Of a DNA stretch of 64,000 nucleotides, positions 1-13,700 are shown piece after piece. The stretch's first letter is position 1. Every line of letters begins with the position of its first letter. The position numbers were made by a program, and so were the translations under genes. This DNA comes from Phoronis australis (lineage: Eukaryota > Animalia > Phoronida). Location: assembly GCA_002633005.1 (NCBI GenBank), contig NMRA01000762.1, forward strand, positions 1-64,000, read 5' to 3'. The notes beneath the pieces are model-generated. The model did not search any database. It saw nothing but the letters and a program-made list of their open reading frames with translations, and was not told where the DNA came from.

Positions 1-309
1 CAGTCTAATAGGTAATTTTGAGAATAATAGCGCGAAATATGAAATTAACTTTAGCCGCGTTCTTGCGAGTATTTTTGCGAAAAAAAAGTTAAACAATCGC
101 AAATTCACAAAACTTGGGCTTCTGTGACCCGAAACTATTCAAAAGTTGAATCCCATGCCGTAGTTTCGCCCATGAGGCGTTCAGTTGCCAATGTTAAATT
201 TTAAACGAGGTACTTTGGGGTTTAAAACCATAATCACGGAGCATCCAATCTTGAATTATTGCCAAATGAGCCGGCAACCGAAGCGCATGTAATATAAACG
301 TATACACAA

Positions 310-480
310 GGGTTGGCCAACCTCAATAAAATCTCTCGACTGAGTCGCTCGGACTTCTGTGCTTGTTTGGCAATGGAAATATAATCCTATCAAGAAATGT
401 TATGAGATCGATTTCACTGAGAGTAAAAGGCTTATCTCGATTTTCATTTTTTATCCAGCTAAAGTGGGTGAAATGCAGCT
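310..480 (+). repeat. Old dispersed repeat family (also about 36915-37080, 44820-44995, 53710-53890, and inverted at about 45910-46020)
   Basis: All plus-strand copies begin TTGGCYAA...CAATAAA and end with a TTTC.ATTTT...C.AAAC-like block. Alignment by eye only. Confidence 0.55.
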
Positions 481-2629
481 TTAAACGTTTAAAACATTTG
501 TTGGTATTTTATTCTTAAAGCTTTTGTGTTTAATAGAAATTCAAACATATTTACAATGGAATTATTGGTTAACATTGGAACAATACGAACGAAATTTTAG
601 AACATGCAGACTTGTTGGCCCTAGTATGGGCGTTTTATAAAATCAGAACAACAAAAGTGAGATACGACTGTTCTAGCCGGCCATTGCAACTTAAAAATGT
701 CGTCGTACCACGCACTAACAACGAAAAGATTGCCATCCAGTAATTTGTTTTAGTAAATAAAAAAACAAAACAACTATTACAGATGTAATTAAAGCGACTG
801 ATCTCAACTGGTTTCTAACTTAAATGAGAGTGGTTCCTGGGCTTGGAAAACGACAATTCGTTATTTCTTCAAACAATGTTCTTCGTAAAATATTAATGGC
901 TCGCGGTGACAACCTTACTTGTTAGGGGGGCCTTTGTCAAGCAATATCGAACTGTCGATTTAATCCTAGGGTAGACCACTTTCATAACGGTACGTCGTGG
1001 AAATCAAAAGTTATGATTCTTAGTGGCGAAATGACTATAATTCAGTAGCAGCCCTTCATTAACACGGAATGGAGATTGTTTAGACATTAGGAGCGAGTTG
1101 TGTTGCTGCCAAACAAAACGTCCAGTCCTGTTTTCAACGAAGTTAGTGACGGAAGGCAAATTCGCTAGTTTCTGTAATCGTATTTGTAAACAACATATGA
1201 AATAGATTTTGCTGTGGTCCTGGACAAAGTTCAGGTGGCGAGCAAGCTGTTTTTAATGTGCACGCTCTTACGGACAAAGCTATCCTCGACTGGAAATTAA
1301 ACATGATTTATATAGTTTATTTCAACATTTTGATCTCCATCCAGTATGCAAAAAGACCAAATAACTCGTATCTAAACAAAAAAAAAGAAAATTGTACCTT
1401 GGGCTAGTATTTGTGTTATTTCATTTTGAAATGAGAAATTCCACTGCGTATTGTGGAGAAACGGCCTTCCACAGTGAGACCGACGAAAGTGACAATTATC
1501 ATTAAAATTGAACGAAAATGCCTAGTATGTGCAATGCAATTGTAACTAATCACAATTTTCACGCGCTCAAATATTTCCGTTAAATCCGGGAAAATTTGAG
1601 AGAGTAATAATTCCGCAACTTTCGTATCCATGCGTGTTTTTTTGAAATTTTGACTCCGAAAAAGAATCCAAACAAATTCCCCCAAAAGAGTCACATGAGC
1701 GGGCTTACTATGAACGTCGCAAAGTGACTAGTATTCTCGGCGAACACCCAGCTGGCTAAGTACACCACCGCTCAAAATTTCGAAAAACATTGAAACACTA
1801 ATAGGTGACAGAACTAGCACATGTTAGCACTCCCAGTAGTCCACAGCACTGTTTTGCTATTTCAATGAAACACTACCAGTCTGTTTCTTCCTATTTCGTG
1901 CATTCGCCTTGGGCTGTTCCGTGTGAGCGACATTACAAGCTTGTTATGTGTTACATTCAATCGCGCTAAAATCTTGTGAAGTACTTGCTTTATTTTGTTC
2001 CAAAGCAACAAATTTGGAGGTGACGCACTAGTTTTATTTTTTCAAGTGACGAATTATTCAAATTGAAAAATGTCGATTTTGTTATTATGGAGTTAAAAGT
2101 TAGCGCGAGACGTTAAATTTCACAATGACGTCATAGTAAACACGAGAAATACCAACACAAGCCAAGTGTAGACCTAAGATGTAACTAAAGGGCATTAAAA
2201 CGGATAATTTGAGTTTATTAAAGAGGAAACATCTTGCCTTGAATTATTCACATCAACTATGCTTATTTCACAACTCCAACAGCGTAACATAATCGCCAAA
2301 CAGTGGAACGCAGCGGGGCAATCGTGGCATGGCTTTAAAAAGGTCAAATTGTGCGTTCTCACGTGACGACGTTTGAGCTGAACTAGTTGAAAAATGTTTT
2401 AATTTTTTTCAAAGAAAACACGAGGGTTAGCAAAACAAAACATTTAATAAAAAATTGACCTCTGAATCTACTGTGCAGAAGTCAAAAGGCTAAAAATTGA
2501 ACGACTAAAAAAGTCAGAAGAAAGAAATACTTTCGCTGACGTGAGAAAAACAGTATCCCGGGAAACATTATCAATGTTGCTAATTAAGTTAAAAAATGAC
2601 ATCCTTCAAATCAAATTAATTTGCTTACC

Positions 2630-2665
2630 ATTGAAGACGAGTATCACTTTATCCTGTGTTGTTTT
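2630..2665 (+). mobile_element. Tiny LINE 3' remnant
   Basis: Translates as IEDEYHFILCC, matching the LINE ORF2 C-terminal EDE.HF...C motif. Confidence 0.4.
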
Positions 2666-5600
2666 ATGGACACCTCTGAGTATGTATGAGTCGATAAAAT
2701 AAATGAATGTCAAAGAACCCAGGCGGGTAGGTTAAAATTCAAATCGAAAAATTGTAATAGATTGATGCATAATTACCTTATTTCAAAATTATTTCTGATC
2801 AAAATTCGGCTGGAGGAATGGCTAGCCAAGGCGTGTGAGCCACGGATCTAGTTTCTTAAGAGAAAAAAGCAATAACTTGCAAGATTTCGCGATCGAGATA
2901 TCGGTATGTGAAACATTTAATCTAACTTTCTTAACGAGTTTCTTGAGACTACGAATCTCGTGATATTTTTTTGAACTGAAAGTGGCACAAACGCACTTAA
3001 ATTAAACATGGTTAAGCAAGGTTTGAAGGAAACCCAATGATTTGCCAAGCGATTGACGCGATAAATAAAAAATCGCATCATTTTTGCACATATCAAGTGG
3101 ATTTTCTTTTTCAAAATGAGAAACTAAAATATACCGCGCCACGGACTCGATTTAAAAAGAAACAGAGACCAGATCTAACTATGTTTTTGGCCTCTTCTTT
3201 TTGTCGTTGGAACCACAGAACTGCAACCTCAGCCGTGTGAGATCGAAGTTGGTATTTCGTTCCTGGGGCTGGAGTTTTATGATGGAACGGCAAAAATGTA
3301 AAGAATCGCGAAACGGATTTTTGTCATTCTAGATACATTGGGCTACCTAGATAGGGCGACCACGTTGCATCAAAAGAAAACACGACTTAAATGAACACCC
3401 GCAGGCACACCTGATAAAATAACCTTTTGGTACCATATCGCGTCACTAGTGAGAAAAAACCAACCAAAGAACGGCCACTGCAATAGCAGTAGTTTTGATC
3501 ATTTGCTGGTACTTGCGGCGTAAGTATATAGTCTGCTGCGGGTAGCCGTGTGTTTTGAATAGAACATTGATGTGAGAGGGTATTGTTACTGTAGCTGTTT
3601 AAGTGATTCTTTGCGGTGACGTATTAGACGAAAGTCAGGTAAGACGCTTAACCATGCATTACATTTGAAAATTTCTAACTTCAGAGTGGTTATAGAGATG
3701 GGACAGGAAATAAATGTACACGTGTTTCTGTTCAAGGTAGGTTTAAACAACATGTCTGGAAAACTGAAGGCTGTAGACCATTATGAATTCATGAGAAAAG
3801 CTCGACTGGTCTTTAGCTACAGCAGTACAGATGTCGGACAGCTGTTATGTTTATAACTAAGAAAGTTATACAGAATTTGTTAAACGCGCGACACTTTTCA
3901 TTGTTCACAGTCTTTATTCCATTACATTCGTACTTTCGGAACAAAACTCTACTCTCAACTGAACATAGATACAGTAACTGACCTAGCGACATAATTAAAA
4001 GACACACGATATTTCGAAACATACTTGTTTCATTCTCAAGTGAAGATAAAATGACGCAGTAATGCCACCACAGAGTATAAGCTGATGTAGGTTTTGAAAT
4101 TTTTCCATTGGTGTTGTGCAAACACGTGTATAAATAATTATGCGATTCTGAGTATATGTTAAAACTGGTATTTCGTGTTTTCACTGAGTTGTCTCACTGG
4201 TTCATCTATATAATTCCCCGGTGTTCGCATTTACCACAGAAAGCTTGGTTATAAACTGTCATCTTGGTTTTTATCCCCTAAGTTGTTAATTAAACTGATG
4301 CAGCTGGTCAAAAGTAGTTCCATCTATTCATATGTGGTTTTATAGTAAGGGTCTGATGTGTCTGTCAGGAATTAGCCTGTTGCTTATTGTAGTCAGACAT
4401 TGTTTATGATAAGGGTCTGAAAATTTTTAGACCAGGCGAACAATCGTCATGTGTCTCAGTTTACACCCACAGGAGTTTCTTTGTATCAACAGTTCTGTGT
4501 GATCCCATTCACAAATCTGACAATTCTCACAAAAGAATGGGAAGTATAACCGATCAAAAACTTCAAGTAATGACGTGTAAATGAAAACTAAGTTTGTCAC
4601 CTCTTGCACAACCGACTGTGAAATATGTGCCCAACTCTAATCATCTTATTAGTACTCTGACAACACATTTTTTCTATTTCCTAATACAAATGTTTTTGCA
4701 GCACCAATAAACATCTCCCAGAGGATAAAAAAGTGCGAAATTAAAACATCTTAGAGCGGTAAGGAGAAGGCCAGGGAAAAACATTTTTAAAGGCTTAAAT
4801 GGATAAATGACTATTGGTGTATTTAATAAAAAAGGAATACTGCAAATGTGTTGTTTACCAACTGCTACCACCTCATGTTAGATTCAGTCTCGTTCCCAAG
4901 GCTCAAGACGGCGCTGATCGGTTTAGCTATGTGAATCACATAAAGATTTTATTTCTCCAATTTGAATGGCAAACATGCCATGAAAAAGGTGTTTACAAAC
5001 CTTGCTAGGCCTGCACCAAGACTAGTTTAGGAGAGGTGCTTTACCCTGCCAAGCAGGAAGTCAAGCCTATTTATGACTTAGAAAAGCTAGAGTTTATTGA
5101 GCATGTAAATCTTTATTAGAAAGTACTACACCTTAGTCTTAGTACCTTCACGGAAACACAGAGGTATGTTATTGCGCTGTCTCCGGGGGGGGGGGGGGGG
5201 TAATTTGTAAATGCAACTTTTGCAATAAAACTGATNTTAGCGCCATCTTGAGGCTTGTGGGTGAGGTTGAATTTAGATTGTTTTGGATGTCTGTGGTGAC
5301 AGTGATGGATAATAAATAAATACACATGTACATTGTATTTAACATTGCTGTTTTTACAAAACTTATACAGTTAAATACAAGATTAGTTCAACATTTTGCC
5401 ACTTCATTGTACTGAAAAAGAAATGTGTATTCTAAACTAGAAACAAAATGACGCAATCAATTAACAGTATTTATTTCACTGTTTAAAGAATGGAAAACAA
5501 AAAATGAGGGAAACTAAAGTAAGCTGCAAAACTTGTTAAGATAAATTAGTATCTAATATAGTTGTATGTATATTGCCATGTAGACTTATGGTGATAATGC

Positions 5601-6532
5601 GACAAAAGTGTAAAACATTTAACGATTTAATAGACCAACAATAGGAAATATGTACCACGTGCTGATACTATTGTTCAAAATAAAACAATATTCTGCCCTA
5701 TCTTTTTACATTTTTGTAGAAGCAAAATGAAACATCTAACAAGAGCACTTAAAAGAAATAGTAAAATGTTGCCTAAGAATATTAATATATATACATATTC
5801 TATCTAAGATTTAAAATTAAAATAAAACTAAAATTTAAAAATTGCAAAGTGTAAAATTGAGACATAAGCCATTGAACCTGCATTGGCAGCAGCACAAGAG
5901 GAGAAATAAACATTATATGCAGACTGTAATATTGAAAGCAACCCCCTTTATCACAGGCATTGCAGAAACAGCACTTGCACTTATCACAACTAATGCTCGG
6001 CCATTACAACCCTGTTAACGACACAAACACTGCCCTTCACTGTTGCGTAATGATAACGGAAACATTAAGGGTTCCTTTTGGAACACTAAAATTGATGGTG
6101 GTACACTGTGAATTAAAAGCATCTCTTAACTGACCCTCATAATTCAATTTCTGTGATTGATCTACAGCGGGTGATTGATCTACAGAAGTAATTGTTTTCT
6201 ACAATGAACCCTGGAACTTCACAATTATTGAAAAATAAAATAGCAGAAACATCTTGTAAGTGTATGATGACCTTTTCATATTAATTATGCATGCTAAGTT
6301 TTTTAAGACTAAACAGGCTGAGGACATGTGCAGACAGTATGTTATGTCAGTGATAAGGCACTTCTAGGTTTGAGCATTAGAACATACGGTAGCAGTTAAA
6401 GCAATTTAGCTTAAACTCCACCTAAAGTATTTGCCCAACCCTGTTAACTAGATAAGCTGAGTACAGGTGATAACAAATCACACTAGCATAGACACCAACA
6501 GGGAACTTGCGATCACTTGCATCAATATGGCA

Positions 6533-7000
6533 TCACTCCAAGGGCTCTTCCATTTCTGTAAGCTGGAAGAATTCTGGCCTGTATTCCCCCTGCCTGTTAG
6601 GAACCTCCTTATTCAATTTTCTCAAATGTTCAACTTGATAAATAGAATCATCACGTATCAAATCCAATCGCACGATATCCCGGTATGGGTGTAAATGACG
6701 AACAAATGTTTCCCAATTAACGTTTTCCGGGCCTTTTTCCTTTATCTGTTCTAGTCGCTGTAACAGGAAGTCAATGTGGTCCTCCGGTCGCTCCATCATC
6801 AGGGAACTCAGTAAACTGTCCATCATTTGCGGAATCTTCCTGTCACTCATGTATGACCTGGTAGCTTCAGCTTCGTTAAGAACAACAAAGTCTAAACTTG
6901 TCGATCTCCGATCTTCTGTTAGATCAGTGGCATTGCTAAACCTGCTACCAACTCTGGTACTGGCCCGTGTGCCAGTTCTCGTTGGGGGTCTGGATGACAT
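6533..7000 (-). CDS. Small (155 aa) protein with a dimerization/docking (RIIa/Dpy-30 superfamily) domain most similar to the adenylate kinase 5 N-terminal domain; no kinase domain
   Basis: The segment EATRSYMSDRKIPQMMDSLLSSLMMERPEDHIDFLLQRLEQIKEKGPENVNWETFV resembles the AK5 N-terminus (Y..R.IPQL..SLL..LM..KPEDP..YL...L..V......VKWDTFV), aligned from memory. Splice acceptor tgtatttcag (minus, 7020-7011) lies 10 nt before the ATG at 7000. Putative non-coding exon 1 ends at 8575 (donor gtaagtc). Confidence 0.8.
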   Translation of the reverse strand: MSSRPPTRTGTRASTRVGSRFSNATDLTEDRRSTSLDFVVLNEAEATRSYMSDRKIPQMMDSLLSSLMMERPEDHIDFLLQRLEQIKEKGPENVNWETFVRHLHPYRDIVRLDLIRDDSIYQVEHLRKLNKEVPNRQGEYRPEFFQLTEMEEPLE

Positions 7001-8574
7001 TTGGATGAATCTGAAATACAGCAATACAATGGTAAAAATATTTCTTACGGAGATGTTCCCCCTTGCTCACATTTTAAAAGCTGATCATGTGAACACTGTT
7101 AACCTCACGATATATAAGTAAGTACCGATAAGTAAACAAAACTTCAATTCGCATCGGTGTGATAAGCAATAAATAAACGATAGCAAACATGCTGGTGTCA
7201 GAGCCACCATGGAAAGCAGTGTGAACTGATGGGGCTACCCACATTGTAAATATTACATTAATGAATGAATAAATAAATAAATAAATAAATAAAGATGTAC
7301 AAAAAAGCGTTTCAAGATCCAAAGGGTTGCACTTTCAGTAATGTTTTTAAATGTTTAATTCTGAAAATTTGCTTCAACAAAATTTGGTAGATTTTCTACA
7401 AGATTTGTGAAGTTTGTGTTTGTAGCTCAGTACATTTTTGACGCAACATAGAAAACTGCTGGTCAAACAAACACACAGACAGTGTATAGAGGAAATAATG
7501 TACAGCAATTGAAAATTCAATATATTAATATATCCTCATACATACATGCAAATTAATCAACAGTATCAAGCTATATTTACCAGTATGATCCTTGTGATTG
7601 ATTCAGTTTTTCACACTTTTACGGCTGCAGACAAGGCAGTCACTAAGGTATATTTTGTTGAACAAAATTGATTTTTTTTTGTATTGTGGGTTTGCTAATG
7701 GGAATTTACTTTACAGTGCCCAGATCACTGGCAAAAATTTTTGACTAAAATGAATCCTATTTTTACTATTCAGATTTCACTCATTCTTGCAATGACTACT
7801 TTCAACAAAACAGTTTCCTAAAATGCAGGAAATAAGCTCTAATTTCACAAAATAATATGGAAACAGTCTGCCAAATACCGCCAATAGCAAGACAATCTCT
7901 TTGATAGCCTTTCAGTGGTTGTCTAATCAGAGTCAGAGTGCCGTACAGGGTCTCAGATGGTTCTGCCCTCTTTCAAGTTTGAAATCTGGAGAACCCTGGA
8001 TATTACAAAATGCGATTGAGAATTTTTTTGGCAGTGTTCATAGACTAAACTTTTGAAATTACAGCCTGTTGAATCTGAGACTGACAACTCCGACAAGCAA
8101 AGGAAAATGTTTTGAATACTGTTAAAATAGAACATTGAATACAAAAGAAGATTAACATAACATAGTCTTAAGCTACAGCTACAATTTACTAGGTCAGTGT
8201 TACCCAATTTAGGTATGGGGGTTAAACCTGATATGAAAGTGCCATGTCTCCATACCTTAGCCTCCCCATACAGCCAGGGCATCAACACATACACAAGAGT
8301 GTCTAAAAGTCATTAATTTTGATAAGGTCCATCCAATCCAGTTGTGAACTGCCCCAGATCAGTCAACGGCCAGTGTTAACCTTTTGACGCTTAAACACCG
8401 ACCAGTACAGACAAACTGAACATGGAGTAGGTAATTTGTTGAGACCTATTCGTTTTTAATAATCAGGAAATGTTGTTGCTTTGATTGTTACATTTCCTGG
8501 TTATTGAAACAACAAACACAAACCCACGGATCAATTGGTTTTTGGAGAAGCATTATGACTGTCAATTGACTTAC

Positions 8575-8962
8575 AATACTCAATCGATATACACTAGACT
8601 TTCCCAAGGGTGCTCTTCCTCTTGGCTTCCCTAGTGGTTATGACAACAATTCTCGGGGGATTTCGCGAGAGTTGAAAATGTGTTGATATCGATGAATGTT
8701 CTTTAAATTATGAATAAATTATGGCCAAATTGCCAACATATTGCACCAATTCCACCCAGCACTGATTTTAAGCGTCTATTCTGGTTTGTAAATGGTCAAT
8801 AAGCCTCGTATAATTTAGGGCACCTGTTCCATCCACGACTACATAAGTTAACCTACTATTGCCAAGTTACATTTATTGGTCGACGCTATTTTTTCAAAAG
8901 CAGTGAAGTAGCAATCGGGATTTGGGACGGAAGACTTGAAAGCGTATTATTTGTGATGCATG
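8575..8962. promoter_or_regulatory. Putative bidirectional promoter and first non-coding exons of the D/D-domain gene (-) and INSC (+)
   Basis: Minus-strand donor at 8574 and plus-strand donor gtacgt at 8963, under 400 bp apart. X-box-like GTGGTTATGACAAC at 8634-8647. TTTCGCGAGA (one mismatch to TCTCGCGAGA) at 8661-8670. Confidence 0.5.
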
Positions 8963-10392
8963 GTACGTAATCATGGGCATTAGAATATAATTTTTGTAGA
9001 CCTTCTTTTCTTGTCTTCTGTCATGTCTTGCTTGAAGCTTTGAAAATATTCCAGCTTGCGGCGACTGCATTGTCTTTGACTGTGTATCTGACTGTACTCG
9101 GGGTAGCCTACTCTCTTCTGACTGCTGAGTACTGAGTATGCCTATGACTGAAAATGAAAAAGTGTGTGAATGGGAGTATGGCGCGAGTACAGTACTCTTC
9201 GTGATCTTGAAATATTAATTTCTGATGTAACATATTGTACAGTCACTCAGTGCTATTCAGCAATGAGACCTTCCGTGTCTATTTTTTATTGGGCATTACT
9301 AAATTACACCCATACCAACTAACATATGCTATTGTCTTGAAATTGACACCAACCAATGTCACATCCTAGCTTTAGGCTAGGGGTAGGTTGATATTCCTTC
9401 TGAGTAACTTGAAAACTGAAAGTTTTGCGTTTGCGCTGTATACTTTTGAGTGAAAATAAGCTTAAAACTTACCTCAATACCTATCCTTTGATGAACTTGG
9501 CCTTTTGATGATCGTTAACCCTTTACATTTGTGACTTAGTTAAACCTATGCAATTTACTTGGCTACTTGCTATAAAGGTCTATTAGTGCCACATGTTTTT
9601 GCACGACACTGTTACAACTTATTTTGGATAGTTGACACAATATGTATTAAATTGCTTAAAATTTATTTATGAAAAAACACCATGAAAGTCAAGTGTTGTG
9701 AATATTCTTAAATTTGGGCAAAATTAAATGAAAAATATTTTTTATTTTATCGAGACTTGCTACATGCTACATTGGAGCAAATGATTGAAATTTTTGTAAA
9801 GATTGTTTGGAATAAAGCATGCTCAAAGGAAAACAATATCTCCTAAAAAGGTATTTTGTTACGTTAGTATTTCACTTGTCTACCATATGCTGTGTCCTAA
9901 ACAGAACATTTACTGTAAGTTGATTTTAGATATTGATATATTGATTTGACCTTTCTTCATTTGTTTTCCATCTGTCGGATATGTTTTTATTAGCCTAGTA
10001 CATCTTTTATATTATTCCGTTGCACAAAAATACCCTTGTCTGGAATGTGCTATTGGAAAATACATATGCAAAATGACAAAATTCCATCCAAAAGTGCCAA
10101 TTTTCGTTTTTTGCCTAGAGACAATTCATCCATGCGATTTCAAAATCATGAATTGCCTTATTGATTATTTATTTGTAAAGTCATTAAATCCATGACAAGT
10201 GTATTAAAGGACCTGCAAAAACCAGTTTTAACCCTAACCAATCCTTGCAGTGATTTTTCTTGTTATTGTCACCAATCTCTGGTTTAGTTTACAGAAATTT
10301 CATGTCCTGGGCTGTGGTTCTGATGAACTTGAAAATCAGTTTTCTTTTATTTTTTTATTTTTTGAACTAATTCATGGTGGTGTAGCACTTAA

Positions 10393-10721
10393 AGGGACAC
10401 TAAACCCTGTTTGGATAAATTCAACTGGTCCTCATTCTTTCCCCTGTCAAAGCACCATTGACATCTCACTGAGTGATAAAAACAGGATTCCAAAACACCA
10501 ATTCATTGTGTCATATAATGGACCTTATGGTTCTTGGTGGGTGGTCTTTCCCCACAGTTGTTCTTAAGCGTAGGTCTCGCTTGCTGGGTTTGCACACTTG
10601 TAAGGAGTTTTCAAAAATTGTTGCAAACGTTTGAGGGTAGTAGAGTATTCTTTTCTTTCAAGAGCTAGACAGGAAAGTCGTTACTATCTGTTATTAGGCC
10701 AAAATCGGGTTTAGTATCACT
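10393..10721. mobile_element. Non-autonomous DNA transposon with TTAA target duplication (Kolobok-like MITE)
   Basis: TTAA|AGGGACACTAAACCCTGTTTGG ... CCAAAATCGGGTTTAGTATCACT|TTAA: imperfect TIRs with AG...CT ends. Confidence 0.7.
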
Positions 10722-10795
10722 TTAAGGATAAGTTTCCTTGTCACAATGTGTTAAGTACTGTGACTGATTTCTTGTTTGCAGCACACGCATGATTC

Positions 10796-13700
10796 ATGAT
10801 GGCAACTTCTGGAGGAACAAACCAACCCCCACGAAATGGCATTGTTGCCAGTAACGGACAACAGAGCACTCTTACTAATTGGCTGGTGTCTTCTGTTAAA
10901 CGGTGAGACATGCCTTCATAAATTATTGAAGATTTTAATGTTCAAACTGCTCCTGGGCGTGACATCAATTACCAGTGCAGTAAAATCTCCCCAGCTTAGG
11001 ACGCAGTATGGCCGACAGGTGAAATTTTATTTTCTCGTGTTTTCATAAGTGATACATAGCACTAAAACAATGCTTTGTCATTTTCAAATTTTGTACCACA
11101 CTTACTGACGGACAATATTTTGACAATTAGTGTTAATTTACGTTAATGTTGGAAGCCGTTGAAAATAAAGAAAGTGATATTTTGGAAATTATTTTTGTCC
11201 AACAGTGATGAGATTTTACTGTAGTTCTGTTGATGTGATTTTGTCTGCCCACCTTTCTGGACCTTGTGAGAAATATTCCAAGGCAACATTTCTAGATTTA
11301 GGTATTTTTAACCCTCTGTAAGGCATGGTGTCTTAAGACCTGTGCAATTATTGAAGAGAATCGTTTTGACATCTAAGAACTTAGGCTTGGCACCTCCCTG
11401 AGAAGTAAAAGGTTCAATGAACTTGAGAAGTTTATTTTGAAGCCTAATTAGAACCAGGTGTTCTGCGGATCTTTAAATTGAACTCATTAAAAGCGAGCTC
11501 AACTTGTCTATAGACCTTTCCACATTACTGATAACATACTTATGGTTCATACTTTTCCTGAGTTTCTTTACTTGTCAAACATGGTTTTAGAATGCATTTC
11601 TTGTGAAATTCCTAAGATTATTCTTGAACATTCTGGTGATAAGCTGTCAGGTGATGACAATGTTGATGTGTTGGTCACTCTTAAGGTTTTGTAGGACCGT
11701 AAAAAATTGTCAAAATTTGGCTAAGTTTGGAGCTTCAAATTTAGGATTCATATCGAACTTTCAAATACTTTGCTTTGTGCTCTGTTCTATAACAGTCTGT
11801 TAAGAACTGTTTTTTTTAAATCTTCCAACTTTGTACGGGGGGCTAACAAATAGGATTTTCATTAAAGAATATCAAAATTTGCACAAATCGAAGAGATATA
11901 GGGAACTGTAACAGTGTCTTTGAGATTTCATCTCATGTACATTAAATGAAATATGGTCTTTGCTTAAGAGTGTACTTTTCTGTTTGCTAAATTTCATTGA
12001 AAACACATACTCTCAATTAATGATAGATTAGTATTAAGTCAAAAATCAAATTCTACTGGATTTCTATGGAAACGTTCACAAAGCTAGAAATCCTTAGTGT
12101 TGTAGGCATTTGGCTGAATCCACGGACTTGTCGATAAAGTCTTGCATAACCTTAATGTCTAGATATGTATTAGACTTCCTTAGTATTATTTTAATGAGAT
12201 TTAGTTCCAGCCAGGCTTCAATCCTGGATCTTGGTTCACTTAAGCCAATCTGCCAAGATCCTCTCGATGACAAGTTTAAGTTTTAAAGCGCATTTAGCTG
12301 GTCTCTGTAACTGGATTCCAGTCTCTCAAAATCTCTCAGATTTCCCACGCTATTACTACATTTGTATTGGAATTTTTTAAGTTTACAATTAGATGTGTGA
12401 ATGAGAAGACTGAACATCCTCTTAAGATAAGCATTTACCAAGACGTCTTACTTGTAATTCAAGAATCTCTTGTACTTCTTAGCCTATGATTATATTAATG
12501 TGGAAAATGCTTAGAATATTCTGAACAAATGGAATGAAATAACTGTGGGTGAACAGAGCCTAACCTCAGGTAACATCATTGGAATGTAGTGACCCTTCTG
12601 CAAGCAAGAAGGCAGATCTGTCAACGGATTTGGGGGCAACTATAAAAATGCAGATTAGACATCTGATGAGGGCTCACATGAATTTTTTATTATGTCTTAT
12701 AAAACTTCTGATAGGACATCATGTTAAAGTTGGTTTTAGGGAAATAAATGGTCAGTAAAAGGCTTATATATCATGCGCTTATCCAATCTTTAATGTTATG
12801 TAGGACCATAGAAAAATGTCCAAATTTGGCTAACTTCAGAGTGGTTGATCGGATACATACAAAACTTCCAGTTACACGGTTTATGCGATGTTCTCCAGAA
12901 AGGTTTCAGGAATCGTTTTCAACATTTACTTTTTTTGCAGGAAGGGTATTCAGAAATAGGACTTTTATGATTTTCATGAAAAAAAAACTCAAAAATTGCA
13001 TCAAAGAAAAACAAAATTATAATTTAGAAAACTGTGTTACAGTATGTTTGGATTTCATTTTGAAGATTTATATCAAATGAAATTTTGACGTGTTATTGAT
13101 ATTGTTGTTTGCTATTATACCTTTCTCTTGTGCTAAATTTTACTAAAACGTCCAGTCACATGACCTATAGAAGTGTATCAAGTCAATAATTATTTTTTCT
13201 GACTTTCTGCTTAAAAATATATACAATTTTATGAGTTAAAATATCTAGTCTTTTTTTAGATATTTGACTCGATACACAGACGTCTTCGAATATCCTACAA
13301 AACCTCAAAAAGACGAGCACCCACTTGTATTATCTCATGGCTGATGTCTTCAATGTCTGGCCAATATACTGTTGTAGCTACAACTCTGTGTAAGAATCAC
13401 TCTTGTCCGAGGTCAATCGTCATCTTGATGATCTCATCGCCAGTTGTTTGGGTAGCTCGTTCAATTAGTGTGCGCTCCACAGGATGGGCATGAAAGCAGG
13501 GGTTAATTCAGAATTTCAAAAATAGTACGTCCAAAATGGGTAATTGGGCATGTCAATTTCTCAGGGTGTCTGTGGCCAAGAATGCCTGACTGCGTTTTTA
13601 AGTCCCAAAATCAAATTGCTGTTATAGTGTGGGGTTCACTGACTGTGAAGACATGGTTTTGCATTGAATTTTTTGTGTTTTCCATCATTTCTAAGCCAAC

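Noticed and set aside
6774-7121. 115-aa plus-strand ORF, and similar antisense ORFs over INSC, CAT and neurotrophin exons
   Set aside because: Shadow ORFs opposite real coding exons with no recognisable domain.
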